This document shows positions 1 to 7,932 of a stretch of DNA of 31,002 nucleotides, one piece after another. The notes under the pieces are model-generated. The model ran no database searches. It was not told the origin of the DNA and saw nothing but the letters and a program-made list of their open reading frames with translations. The number at the start of each line of letters is the position of its first letter. Position 1 is the first letter of the stretch. Made by a program: the position numbers and the translations under genes. Origin of the DNA: an uncultured archaeon (GTDB taxonomy: Archaea; Asgardarchaeota; Thorarchaeia; Thorarchaeales; Thorarchaeaceae); the NCBI GenBank assembly GCA_964354495.1, contig CAYHAA010000022.1:1-31002 (forward strand). The letters run 5' to 3'.

Positions 1-3
1 CCC

Positions 4-1311
4 ATGTTCACTGATTCAGGAGTATATGTGATGTGGAGTATCTTCGATGACATCGACTATGGGGAGTTGAGCTTCATCAGCCCCTATGTCACATTCACCG
101 CTACACGAACAACACCCGCAGAAGTTCCAAAGCGAGTGTCCCAGTTCTTCGATGAGGCAGCGTCCCTCTCTGTCAGTATATCACATGATACCTCAGTCTG
201 TCCTCTTGCTTCAGGTGCGGGGGCAGACCATGAAGCTTGTTGGAGGATTGAGCTCCCTCATGATTGTCCAGCTTGTGTTAGGAAACAACTGAGTAGAGCG
301 CTGACCGGGGAGGAGGTGAATGGCCTGCTTGCACCGGGAAGACTCTATGCAGGACGACTGTACACATTCGACTTTATTCTTCCACCAGTGTCTGAGAAGG
401 ATGAGAGTGTCGTCTTCCACGAGGAACGATACATACGTATGTTCCTGAGAAATCAAGGACTCCTCTTGAAACGATTACCTTCAGGAACGTTCTTACATGC
501 AAGGAACCAACAATGGATGGTTTCCATCGCTTGGGATGAGTCATATTTCAAGTGGCAAGCTCAGTCAACCATCTCAGGTCTCTATTTCAGAGGGGACCAC
601 CAGACCATTGAACTTGTGCATGGGCACGGTGCACAGGAGGAGTACGAACGCCTTCTGAACATTATCACCTCTCAGATTTCGTCATCACGTATTGTGGAGT
701 ACACTGAGCTGAAGGAGCAGATGCTTGCGGGACTCAAGGATTGTGGGTACTCGAAGAGCAGTCCCGCTTGTGAGTTCAGGGTCATTGAGCAGTCGGAGAG
801 TGTCTTTCAATATGGCATCTTTCTTCGCGAGGGAAGTCAAAGGAACCCGTTTCTTGCATATACTGTTGAGACGACAGGAGAAATAGATCCAGATGCTGTC
901 TTAGAGGAGATCACGAGGAGTCTGGAAGAAGGAGAACTAAGTGTCTACAATATCAAAAATGCTGAATCCTTTTCGAAGAAGCTGTCGTCCTGGGTGAGTG
1001 AGCATATTTCAGTGGTAGAAGACTACTCTGAAGAACCAGAAGAGTATGAGGTGACGCTCTCCGTAGGTGACAAGGGAGATGCCATCATCTGGAAGGCAGA
1101 GGTACATGGAGCTGAGGAGTCCAAGACAGGAGTCCTGTATGACGACCTCAAGGTACTCCTTCATGCAGGGATACGAGAGGTAATTCGTGAAGTGCGAGAG
1201 ATCTTTGAGCTTGATGCTGTGACACAAATAGGAGTGGTCGCCAATCTGGATGACGTGATGAAACAGCAGATTCCTGATATGATTAGACATATCAGACGCA
1301 GGAAGCACTGA
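4..1311 (+). CDS. hypothetical protein (435 aa; may extend upstream of the window edge)
   Basis: Long ORF with protein-like composition and one CPAC motif; no family recognised. The frame is open at position 1 (ccc atg), so the true start may lie outside the window. Confidence 0.75.
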   Translation: MFTDSGVYVMWSIFDDIDYGELSFISPYVTFTATRTTPAEVPKRVSQFFDEAASLSVSISHDTSVCPLASGAGADHEACWRIELPHDCPACVRKQLSRALTGEEVNGLLAPGRLYAGRLYTFDFILPPVSEKDESVVFHEERYIRMFLRNQGLLLKRLPSGTFLHARNQQWMVSIAWDESYFKWQAQSTISGLYFRGDHQTIELVHGHGAQEEYERLLNIITSQISSSRIVEYTELKEQMLAGLKDCGYSKSSPACEFRVIEQSESVFQYGIFLREGSQRNPFLAYTVETTGEIDPDAVLEEITRSLEEGELSVYNIKNAESFSKKLSSWVSEHISVVEDYSEEPEEYEVTLSVGDKGDAIIWKAEVHGAEESKTGVLYDDLKVLLHAGIREVIREVREIFELDAVTQIGVVANLDDVMKQQIPDMIRHIRRRKH

Positions 1312-1313
1312 GG

Positions 1314-1916
1314 TCATCGAGCTCTGAGAGCGGCTGCTCGAAGCCCATAGACTCTTCCAGAGAAGGAAGCGATGAGAGCCATCATATCAGTGACCAGCTC
1401 CTCCTGAGGAGTCCTGTCTTCCTCTTCCATTAGGATGACAAGTCTCACTCCATAGTCTTGGAGGATGTGTTCTAGAAGGTCCACCCCGAAGCGAGTCAGT
1501 CGGTCCCTGTGAGTGATGAAGAGTGTATCTATGACTCCTTTCTGTGCAAGAGCAATGAGTCGTCTGAGACCGCGGCGTTTCATGTTCAGACCAGAACCAA
1601 TGTCGGTAAAGACGAAGGGGCGAGTCTTGAAGTGGCGTTTACAATGGACTGTGAGCGTCTTGAGCTGGCGGTCAAGGTCACCATCAGACTTCTGGCGATG
1701 CCCTGAGACCCTAGCATAGACCGCACACCTCTTCTTCTCGGGATGTTCAAGGGCTTCTCGGTGGAAGACACCGAGGAGTCGATTCACCTCGGAGAGTGGG
1801 ATCCGTCGGTGGTTGCCTGGAGTCCTTAGACAGTGAATAAGACCCTGAGTGTCCCAGCGCCGAATGGTCTTTGAACATACGCCAAGTCGTCGAGCCGTCT
1901 GTGATACTGAAAACAT
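1314..1916 (-). CDS. tnpA: IS607-family serine transposase/resolvase TnpA
   Basis: N-terminal MerR-like HTH (SVSQTARRLGVCSKTIRRWD...RTPGNHRRIP); serine recombinase motifs YARVS, DIGSGLN, RDRLTRFG; C-terminal EELVTDMMALIASFSGRVYGLR typical of IS607 TnpA. Confidence 0.95.
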   Translation of the reverse strand: MFSVSQTARRLGVCSKTIRRWDTQGLIHCLRTPGNHRRIPLSEVNRLLGVFHREALEHPEKKRCAVYARVSGHRQKSDGDLDRQLKTLTVHCKRHFKTRPFVFTDIGSGLNMKRRGLRRLIALAQKGVIDTLFITHRDRLTRFGVDLLEHILQDYGVRLVILMEEEDRTPQEELVTDMMALIASFSGRVYGLRAAALRAR

Positions 1917-1934
1917 AGTCTAATGAATTAGACT
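1917..1934. promoter_or_regulatory. inverted repeat abutting the tnpA start codon
   Basis: agtctaa-tgaa-ttagact: perfect 7-bp arms and a 4-nt spacer immediately 5' of the tnpA ATG. Function is inferred only. Confidence 0.4.
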
Positions 1935-1983
1935 CCATTCTGATAAATGTCCAACTTTGTCATAGATTTATGTAGCTGTTAAC

Positions 1984-2325
1984 TCACCCTATGAACCCGG
2001 CAGTGACGCAATCAAAAGATGCATCTGCAAATTCAGTCTGTCTGGCATCTAAGAGGATTATCTCTGCATTCTTTATCTTGCATCTCTCGATCTCAGATGC
2101 TGTCTTCTTGGCACAATGTTCGCAGAGCTCGATGCCAATGACGTGGCCATTTGGTCCAACTCTCTTGGCTAGTGGATAGAGAACAGACCCACCGCCTGAA
2201 CCTACATCAAGAATCCTGGCTCCTTCTGGTATATCCATGAATCCAACCAGCGTTTCCCCAAAGATATCCCAGAAAGTCCCCCATGTCTTGGGAATTAGTA
2301 CTGAATTTGCATCCGAAGCATTCAT
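1984..2325 (-). pseudogene. class I SAM-dependent methyltransferase (UbiE/Methyltransf_11-like), C-terminally truncated
   Basis: Motif I ILDVGSGGG, then VIGIE, DA and FDCV; ends at FDCVTAGFIG after 113 aa, lacking the remaining strands of the fold. The stop lies at the putative IS607 junction. Confidence 0.75.
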
Positions 2326-2408
2326 GCCAAATGACCCAGATAAGAGAGACTCCTCCTATTGATATTATGTCAACGGTGAATGCAAGATTGATACTGCTCG
2401 TTTCTGCA

Positions 2409-2879
2409 TCATCGTGCTTTCTTGGCCATACTGAGGACCATGGCGACTTGTCCTGCGTGGTGGACTACGTGATATCCAGTCATGATTCGTAAGGCACGGT
2501 CGACGGTTGCCTCTTTGACTCTTGCAGGAGGTGGAAGGTGAATAATCTTTTCGAGTGTGCTTCCATCTATCTTTCCGCACAACTCTGTGAACAGCTCGTA
2601 TGACGCGCTGATTTCTGCTTTCAATCGAGCCGCAATGCCTTCTTGTTCAGCGATTTTTGGCTCTTTGAGAACCAGACCAAGTTCTGCCGCAATCTGAGAA
2701 CACGCTGCTGAAACTACCCAAGCAACGTGAGTAAGCATCTCTTCTGCTGAACGGCCGCCGTCAGGAGGTTTCCATGCATACAGTTCATCTGTTTCATCTA
2801 GTTGTGCAAATAACCAATTGCGTGCACCAAGACCAAAACGGATGACTTCTTCGACTCCCTTGTTTGCCACACTTGTCAC
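2409..2879 (-). CDS. DinB/YfiT-family four-helix metalloprotein
   Basis: WKP..GGRS..EML.HVA and C-terminal HVVHHAGQV His motifs; 156 aa. Confidence 0.85.
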   Translation of the reverse strand: MTSVANKGVEEVIRFGLGARNWLFAQLDETDELYAWKPPDGGRSAEEMLTHVAWVVSAACSQIAAELGLVLKEPKIAEQEGIAARLKAEISASYELFTELCGKIDGSTLEKIIHLPPPARVKEATVDRALRIMTGYHVVHHAGQVAMVLSMAKKAR

Positions 2880-3028
2880 CTAATAGATCTCGCATTCTCC
2901 TTGGTAGGTATGATGATGGCTATTAAGAATAACCATTATTTGCCGACATTATGAGGATACGCCATATCTATATCTGCCCTTGTCTCTATAGTTAAGCCAT
3001 TACTTGAGCCCAGAGGAGTGTTTCCAAC

Positions 3029-4135
3029 TTGAGAATATGCACGAAATGTGGCAGAGCCAATGATGTGACACGTAAGTACTGTACCCGCTGTGGTGCCTCT
3101 CTCCTAAAGGTAGCAGATGAGAAGACAGCAAAACCTTCTGCAAGCATTCCCGAAGTGGGAAGAGTTACCACCGCAGCCAGCCTGAAGAAAGCGGAAGAAT
3201 CTGAAGAACCATTGCTTTCAGAAGTGGCGAGCGGCTCAGATGTGGAGCGAACCGTACACGCTAGCGAGGTTTCACCAGACAGAGTAAGAACGGCTGATCG
3301 TTATATGGAAAAGACAGAGTACGAGAGAGCTCAGGAGACATTTGCGAGCTCTGAGAATGCAAGTCCGGACGAACACAGCCTCAGAGCAAGTGAGCTTCGG
3401 GGACTTGACACGGACACTGAAGAACTGGCACCTCCCGAGAGTGCGATGGGCGAGTACGAGGCAGGACCAGAGCCTATCCAGCACAAGGAAGGAAAAGAAG
3501 TAGTGAAGCAGATACTTGAGAGGGTCAAAGCCGCAGAGGCTCGTGCGAAGGCAGAAGAAGCCCCGCCCCAAGAGACCCGTTTGGAGGTTGAAGAGGAGCA
3601 AGTTTCTTTTGAAACGACTGAACCGGTTGCTCCAGCTGAACGCCCATCAGGCGCTCTGTTCTCTTCCGCTCAGAAGGCGACATCAACAGAGAGCTTTGCT
3701 CAACCATCACGTCCCATAGTTTCTGCAGCGGCTGAAGATCAAGTCAGAGATGACAAGATTCGAATGCTAGACTCTGACATCAAGGCATTCAACATTGAGC
3801 GTCAGCAGCTCCAGTCCGAATACGACAAGCTGCGAGGTCGCCTTGATGAAGAAGTGGAACGCTACCGTGCCGTGGCCGAGACCAAGCGAATTCGTACTGA
3901 AGGAATAGAACGCGAGTTGCGTAGTGCAAAGCAAGAGTACGATGATGCAAATAAGGAGTACAAGAACGTAGACAACCGAAGGAAGAAGGAGCTCTCGGAT
4001 GCTGAAAAGCGGATGGGCGATGTTGACAAACGCGTGAAGAAGGCTGAGGAAGCAAAAGAGAAACGCATTCGGGATCTAGAGAAGGAACGTCTGAAGCGCG
4101 AAGAGGAAGCGAGAAAGGCGCTGGCCCCCAGCTAG
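3029..4135 (+). CDS. zinc-ribbon protein with acidic disordered linker and C-terminal coiled coil
   Basis: CTKC-x10-CTRC at the N-terminus; E/A/S/P-rich middle; ~130 aa K/E/R-rich helical tail; TTG start with gaggag upstream. Confidence 0.85.
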   Translation: MRICTKCGRANDVTRKYCTRCGASLLKVADEKTAKPSASIPEVGRVTTAASLKKAEESEEPLLSEVASGSDVERTVHASEVSPDRVRTADRYMEKTEYERAQETFASSENASPDEHSLRASELRGLDTDTEELAPPESAMGEYEAGPEPIQHKEGKEVVKQILERVKAAEARAKAEEAPPQETRLEVEEEQVSFETTEPVAPAERPSGALFSSAQKATSTESFAQPSRPIVSAAAEDQVRDDKIRMLDSDIKAFNIERQQLQSEYDKLRGRLDEEVERYRAVAETKRIRTEGIERELRSAKQEYDDANKEYKNVDNRRKKELSDAEKRMGDVDKRVKKAEEAKEKRIRDLEKERLKREEEARKALAPS

Positions 4136-4306
4136 TCTTTCCAGTACAATTGGCTGACTCTCTAGTGTTTCAGTGTTGCGCCCTCTTCGAATCATGTGTC
4201 ATCTTCTCACTCATGTTAGTCTTCTCCAAAACTCTCTGTCGCATTGCCTTCATAGCTGATAGAGAATCAACAATGCACATAAGGGGATGAGCCAGAGGCC
4301 AGTAGT

Positions 4307-4777
4307 GTGATGTCCGTGAAGAAGGTAATCATCGTCTACGAGAGCGTGTACGGAAATACACAGAAGATAGCAGAAGCAATCAGTAAGGGCATCAAAGAAC
4401 ATGCAGAACTTGAATCAGTAGTCAAGAAGACGGGAGAGATTCATACGGATGACCTCTGTGATTATGATGCAATCCTATTCGGATGTCCGAATCATAACCA
4501 AGGACCAGCACTTAATCTCTTGAAGTTCATTGATAGGGCATCGATTGTGCATCTGAATGCGAAGACTGGTGCCGTCTTTGACACCTACACCGGAGGCAAC
4601 AAGGATGTTGCCGCGAAGAAACTAGAAGCGAGGGTACATGAAAAGCTCCCTGGCATACAATTGATAGGACGTCTTTCTTCCAAAGTTACCGGACGGAAGG
4701 GACCGCTCGCAGACAACGAGGAAGAGAAGGCCCTGGAATTCGGGATTCAATTCGGACAGAAACTGCACACGCCTTGA
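4307..4777 (+). CDS. flavodoxin / flavodoxin-domain protein
   Basis: FMN phosphate loop IVYESVYGNTQKIAEAI; YDAILFGCP; AVFDT. Start GTG 4307 or ATG 4310. Confidence 0.9.
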   Translation: MMSVKKVIIVYESVYGNTQKIAEAISKGIKEHAELESVVKKTGEIHTDDLCDYDAILFGCPNHNQGPALNLLKFIDRASIVHLNAKTGAVFDTYTGGNKDVAAKKLEARVHEKLPGIQLIGRLSSKVTGRKGPLADNEEEKALEFGIQFGQKLHTP

Positions 4778-4827
4778 TTCCCGTTTTGGTTGATATGTTC
4801 ATTAGGTTCATCACTTGATATCAAGTA

Positions 4828-4962
4828 CTAGCCTGCAACGACAAACGCCTTCAGGCATTTGGGACACACGAGCACCATCTCGCCATTCTTCACATCGTGA
4901 GTTCCCGCAGCACAGAGCGTCTTCCAGCTAGACCCATTCTTGAGAACTATCTTTTGGCACAT
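4828..4962 (-). CDS. putative 44-aa Cys/His-rich microprotein (not in ORF track)
   Basis: Hand translation MCQKIVLKNGSSWKTLCAAGTHDVKNGEMVLVCPKCLKAFVVAG-stop, containing CPKC. It fills an otherwise empty gap, co-oriented 32 nt downstream of 4995-5291. Confidence 0.55.
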   Translation of the reverse strand: MCQKIVLKNGSSWKTLCAAGTHDVKNGEMVLVCPKCLKAFVVAG

Positions 4963-4994
4963 GCTATTCTATGTGGACAGGCATTGAAAAGCTC

Positions 4995-5291
4995 CTATCT
5001 CTTCTTCAGATCTAGGAACTTGCCATCCCGTATCCTCGCCAAGTACTGTCTTCCACGCATCACCCACAAGATCTGATGCCCCTCCTGAGCCTCCTTTGCC
5101 CATGTGGAGGACTTGAGCGGATTCTGTTCCATGAACGTGAGACCACCGTACTCGATGAAGCGGACCTTGCTCTTGGAGGTTCGCCTGACCAAGTGGAGCT
5201 CGCCATCGATCTCCGCTGTTGCTCTGCCCTGAAAGATCGCATCATAGACAATGCGGGCAACTCGTTCCATGTTTTCGATGTCGTCAAGCAT
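4995..5291 (-). CDS. hypothetical protein (98 aa)
   Basis: Protein-like beta-rich sequence; co-oriented with the hydrolase upstream; no family recognised. Confidence 0.7.
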   Translation of the reverse strand: MLDDIENMERVARIVYDAIFQGRATAEIDGELHLVRRTSKSKVRFIEYGGLTFMEQNPLKSSTWAKEAQEGHQILWVMRGRQYLARIRDGKFLDLKKR

Positions 5292-5401
5292 GGTTCATCA
5301 GCAGATTTACTACTGCTCAAGATGTTCTTCAACTTTCTTCTGAGCTAATGATGAGAGGAAATGAGTGTTTATCGAAACGTCAGGAGATGCACTGCTCAGA
5401 A

Positions 5402-6247
5402 TCAGCCAAGAGTCTCTTCTACGCGGTCGAGCCACTCACCGACGAGAGCATAGAAAAGCGCTTCTTGCTCTATGTGTAGACCATGACCTGCGCGGTCCAG
5501 TACTGCGAAAGTTGCTCGAGGATAGTCCTCAAGTATTGTCCAACTATCTCTGTAGCCCACGAAGTGGTCCTGTCGCCCGACAAGAATAAGCGTCGGCTTC
5601 TCGAATCTTGAGGTCGCCCCAACGGTCTCAATAGAGCGCGAGTCCACGGAAGGATGAAGCCGCTCCAGGAAAGGGCCATCTGCGTCACGAATGCCGGGAA
5701 CAATCTCCTTGATGAGTCGGTCCCAGTGATGCCGGTTCTGGATCACAGCTACGTTTTCAAATACCTCTCGCGACTGCGCGTCGAGTTCTGCTAAGAGTTC
5801 CTCATCCCTTGCTAGAACCCTCTTCGGCGGCAGACTTCTCTTGTCCAGATGTGAAACGACACTGGGAACTATGAGCAAGAGCCCTGCAGCCTGCTCGGGT
5901 CGATGTTGTACAATCCCCCGTGCGATACATCCTCCATAGGACATGCCTGCAATAGCGAACTGAGCGTCAGGAATGACATTGTCGACGAAGTCAAGAACAA
6001 CTTGGAGTATATCATCGGAGTTCTTGATCCACTCCCTCCCTGGCGTCTGACCATGTCCTGGCATATCTAGATAGAATCTACTCCAACCTGTTCTTCTTCT
6101 GAACGCAGGCTCAATCATTCTGAATACTGGTTCGATGCATCCCTTCATCGAACGGGAATCGAGTGGAGATCCATGGAGGGTGATGAGAGGTGTCCCCTTT
6201 CCAATCTTCTCATAATATATCTCACAGTCTCTCACACTGCACCTCAT
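5402..6247 (-). CDS. alpha/beta fold hydrolase
   Basis: LHG oxyanion motif, DMPGHG, nucleophile elbow GMSYGG, VGRQD (acid), AGHGLH (His). Confidence 0.92.
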   Translation of the reverse strand: MRCSVRDCEIYYEKIGKGTPLITLHGSPLDSRSMKGCIEPVFRMIEPAFRRRTGWSRFYLDMPGHGQTPGREWIKNSDDILQVVLDFVDNVIPDAQFAIAGMSYGGCIARGIVQHRPEQAAGLLLIVPSVVSHLDKRSLPPKRVLARDEELLAELDAQSREVFENVAVIQNRHHWDRLIKEIVPGIRDADGPFLERLHPSVDSRSIETVGATSRFEKPTLILVGRQDHFVGYRDSWTILEDYPRATFAVLDRAGHGLHIEQEALFYALVGEWLDRVEETLG

Positions 6248-6456
6248 TTTACAGCTTCACTCCGGTACCCAGAATTTGGGTCTGTGTTTCATCCGATCTT
6301 CCGTCTGATATTGCCTTCGGTCCACGGCCATCACCGGAGCCGATGGATTGCCATAGGAACCTGGAGATGCATTTGCTGTTCTCCGTCTTGAGTGACGATG
6401 ATTGTCTCCAGCAGACATTAAAGCCACGACAATCAACACACTTGCAGGTGATATGA

Positions 6457-7140
6457 GTGAGCATCTCAATCCGATACCTAGGACATGCGAGTATTGTTAT
6501 CAAAAACGGACCACAGAATATCTACATTGATCCGTCAACCAAGGATACTGGTCTGCGTAAGGATGATTTTGGGCCATCTGACCTGACTTTAGTGACCCAC
6601 GGTCACGCTGACCACTGTGATCCTGACTTGGTCAAGAAGATCCGCAAAGGCGGAACACCAATCTTGGCTCCTGATAGCTGCAAAAAGGACCTTGGCAAGG
6701 CTGGTCCCGTGTGGCCTATGAATCCGGGTCAAATAATGCAGATGGGCGATGGAACCTTTGTTAGAGCAGTGCCAGCATACAATCTGAAGAGAACTAGGCC
6801 ATCAGGCGAACCATTCCATCCTAAGGGCCTTGGCTCAGGCTTTTTGCTAATCATCAACAAAAAGAGCATCTTCCACGCAGGAGACACTGAACTAGTCCCG
6901 GATTGGGAGGAACTCGGGGATATGCTCCGTGGGGTGGATGTGGCACTGCTACCCTTCGATGGCACGTACACCATGAGTGTCGAGGAAGCAGTCGAGGCTG
7001 CAATAGCTCTCAATCCGAAGGTTGTAATCCCAATGCATGGCAGGTCCGCAGACCCCAAGGCATTCAAGGAGAAACTTGAGAGCAAGTCCAAGATCCGAGT
7101 CGTCATTCTTCAGAAGGGTCAGGAGTACACTCTTGAGTGA
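6457..7140 (+). CDS. MBL-fold metallo-hydrolase (UPF0173/Lactamase_B_3-like), cytoplasmic
   Basis: LGHAS, IYIDP, THGHADH, FHAGDT, IPMH motifs; aggtga upstream of GTG. Confidence 0.92.
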   Translation: MSISIRYLGHASIVIKNGPQNIYIDPSTKDTGLRKDDFGPSDLTLVTHGHADHCDPDLVKKIRKGGTPILAPDSCKKDLGKAGPVWPMNPGQIMQMGDGTFVRAVPAYNLKRTRPSGEPFHPKGLGSGFLLIINKKSIFHAGDTELVPDWEELGDMLRGVDVALLPFDGTYTMSVEEAVEAAIALNPKVVIPMHGRSADPKAFKEKLESKSKIRVVILQKGQEYTLE

Positions 7141-7216
7141 ATCTGAGAGAGCGGATGGGGGAGGTCAATTCCCTCATTTGCACTCATTGCACTAATTGAA
7201 CCGATGACAGAGGTTT

Positions 7217-7672
7217 CTATTGGATCGCCTTGGCTATCTCAAGTCCAATGCTCGTGAATTTGCTCTCGGAGCCCTCTTCGAGAGGACCTTCTCTCCCCTT
7301 GACAATCGCAGACATCCTCTCCTTCACTATCTCAGCACCTAGTTTTGATAGGCGTTCTTCGATATGCTTGGCTCCACTTCCAGCCAACCGACTCTTCATC
7401 TTTGTATCGAAGGCGAACGCCTTCTTCCCCTTGAGCGCCGACTCACCAATCTTATCAAGGAACTTCCGGATTGGCTCAGACGCGTTCCAAGCGTGCGTGG
7501 GAGCACCGATGAGAATCATGTCATATCCTATTAGCTTACCAACATCAGCTTCGTCGGCTCGAGATAGTGTAACCTTGACCGACCCTGATTTCTCCAGTCC
7601 CTGTGCCAGAGCACGTGCAACTTTCTCAGTATTCCCATAGACGGAGTGATAGACGATAATCGCATTCTTCAT
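7217..7672 (-). CDS. flavodoxin / flavodoxin-domain protein
   Basis: IVYHSVYGNTEKVARAL, YDMILIGAPT, AFAFDT. Start moved to ATG 7672 (MKNAII) because the track's extra 22 N-terminal residues look non-coding. Confidence 0.9.
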   Translation of the reverse strand: MKNAIIVYHSVYGNTEKVARALAQGLEKSGSVKVTLSRADEADVGKLIGYDMILIGAPTHAWNASEPIRKFLDKIGESALKGKKAFAFDTKMKSRLAGSGAKHIEERLSKLGAEIVKERMSAIVKGREGPLEEGSESKFTSIGLEIAKAIQ

Positions 7673-7932
7673 AATCTCACATCCTTCAGCCAGTGTACAG
7701 TTTGAGTGCGCGAGCAATCTTGGTGAGCAGCAGCTCACGCGAAGCCTGTCATGCTGTTAGGTGTCATGTGTTTCTAAGTCTTGCTCTTCATAGCAATGTA
7801 TCACTTCATTGATCCGAGGTTTCAGGTGACACGCGCGGATTGGCTCAGAGTACGGCCTGCCGACAGGACGCATTCCCTGTCATCAGAACGAATAAGAGCC
7901 CGTTATCGTCTTTGACTGAAGGAGGATTGGTT

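Larger units (their letters stand above)
1314..1988 (-). mobile_element. IS607-family element or remnant (putative left end + tnpA; no tnpB or right end seen)
   Basis: tnpA plus a ~70 bp upstream segment starting at a minus-strand GGG (1987-1989), where the adjacent methyltransferase ORF is cut. No TnpB-like ORF follows tnpA. Boundaries are approximate. Confidence 0.6.

Noticed and set aside
1009-1317. TnpB remnant downstream of tnpA
   Set aside because: The minus-strand ORF is a shadow of the 435-aa gene and has no TnpB HTH, RuvC or Zn-ribbon motifs.
1984-1986. Sec or Trp recoding of the methyltransferase TGA
   Set aside because: The downstream frame (VNSYINL-stop) does not continue a methyltransferase fold; IS truncation explains it better.
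7673-7932. N-terminal extensions given by the ORF track for the flavodoxin (7738) and giant protein (7840)
   Set aside because: Downstream ATGs have better ribosome-binding motifs and match the domain starts.
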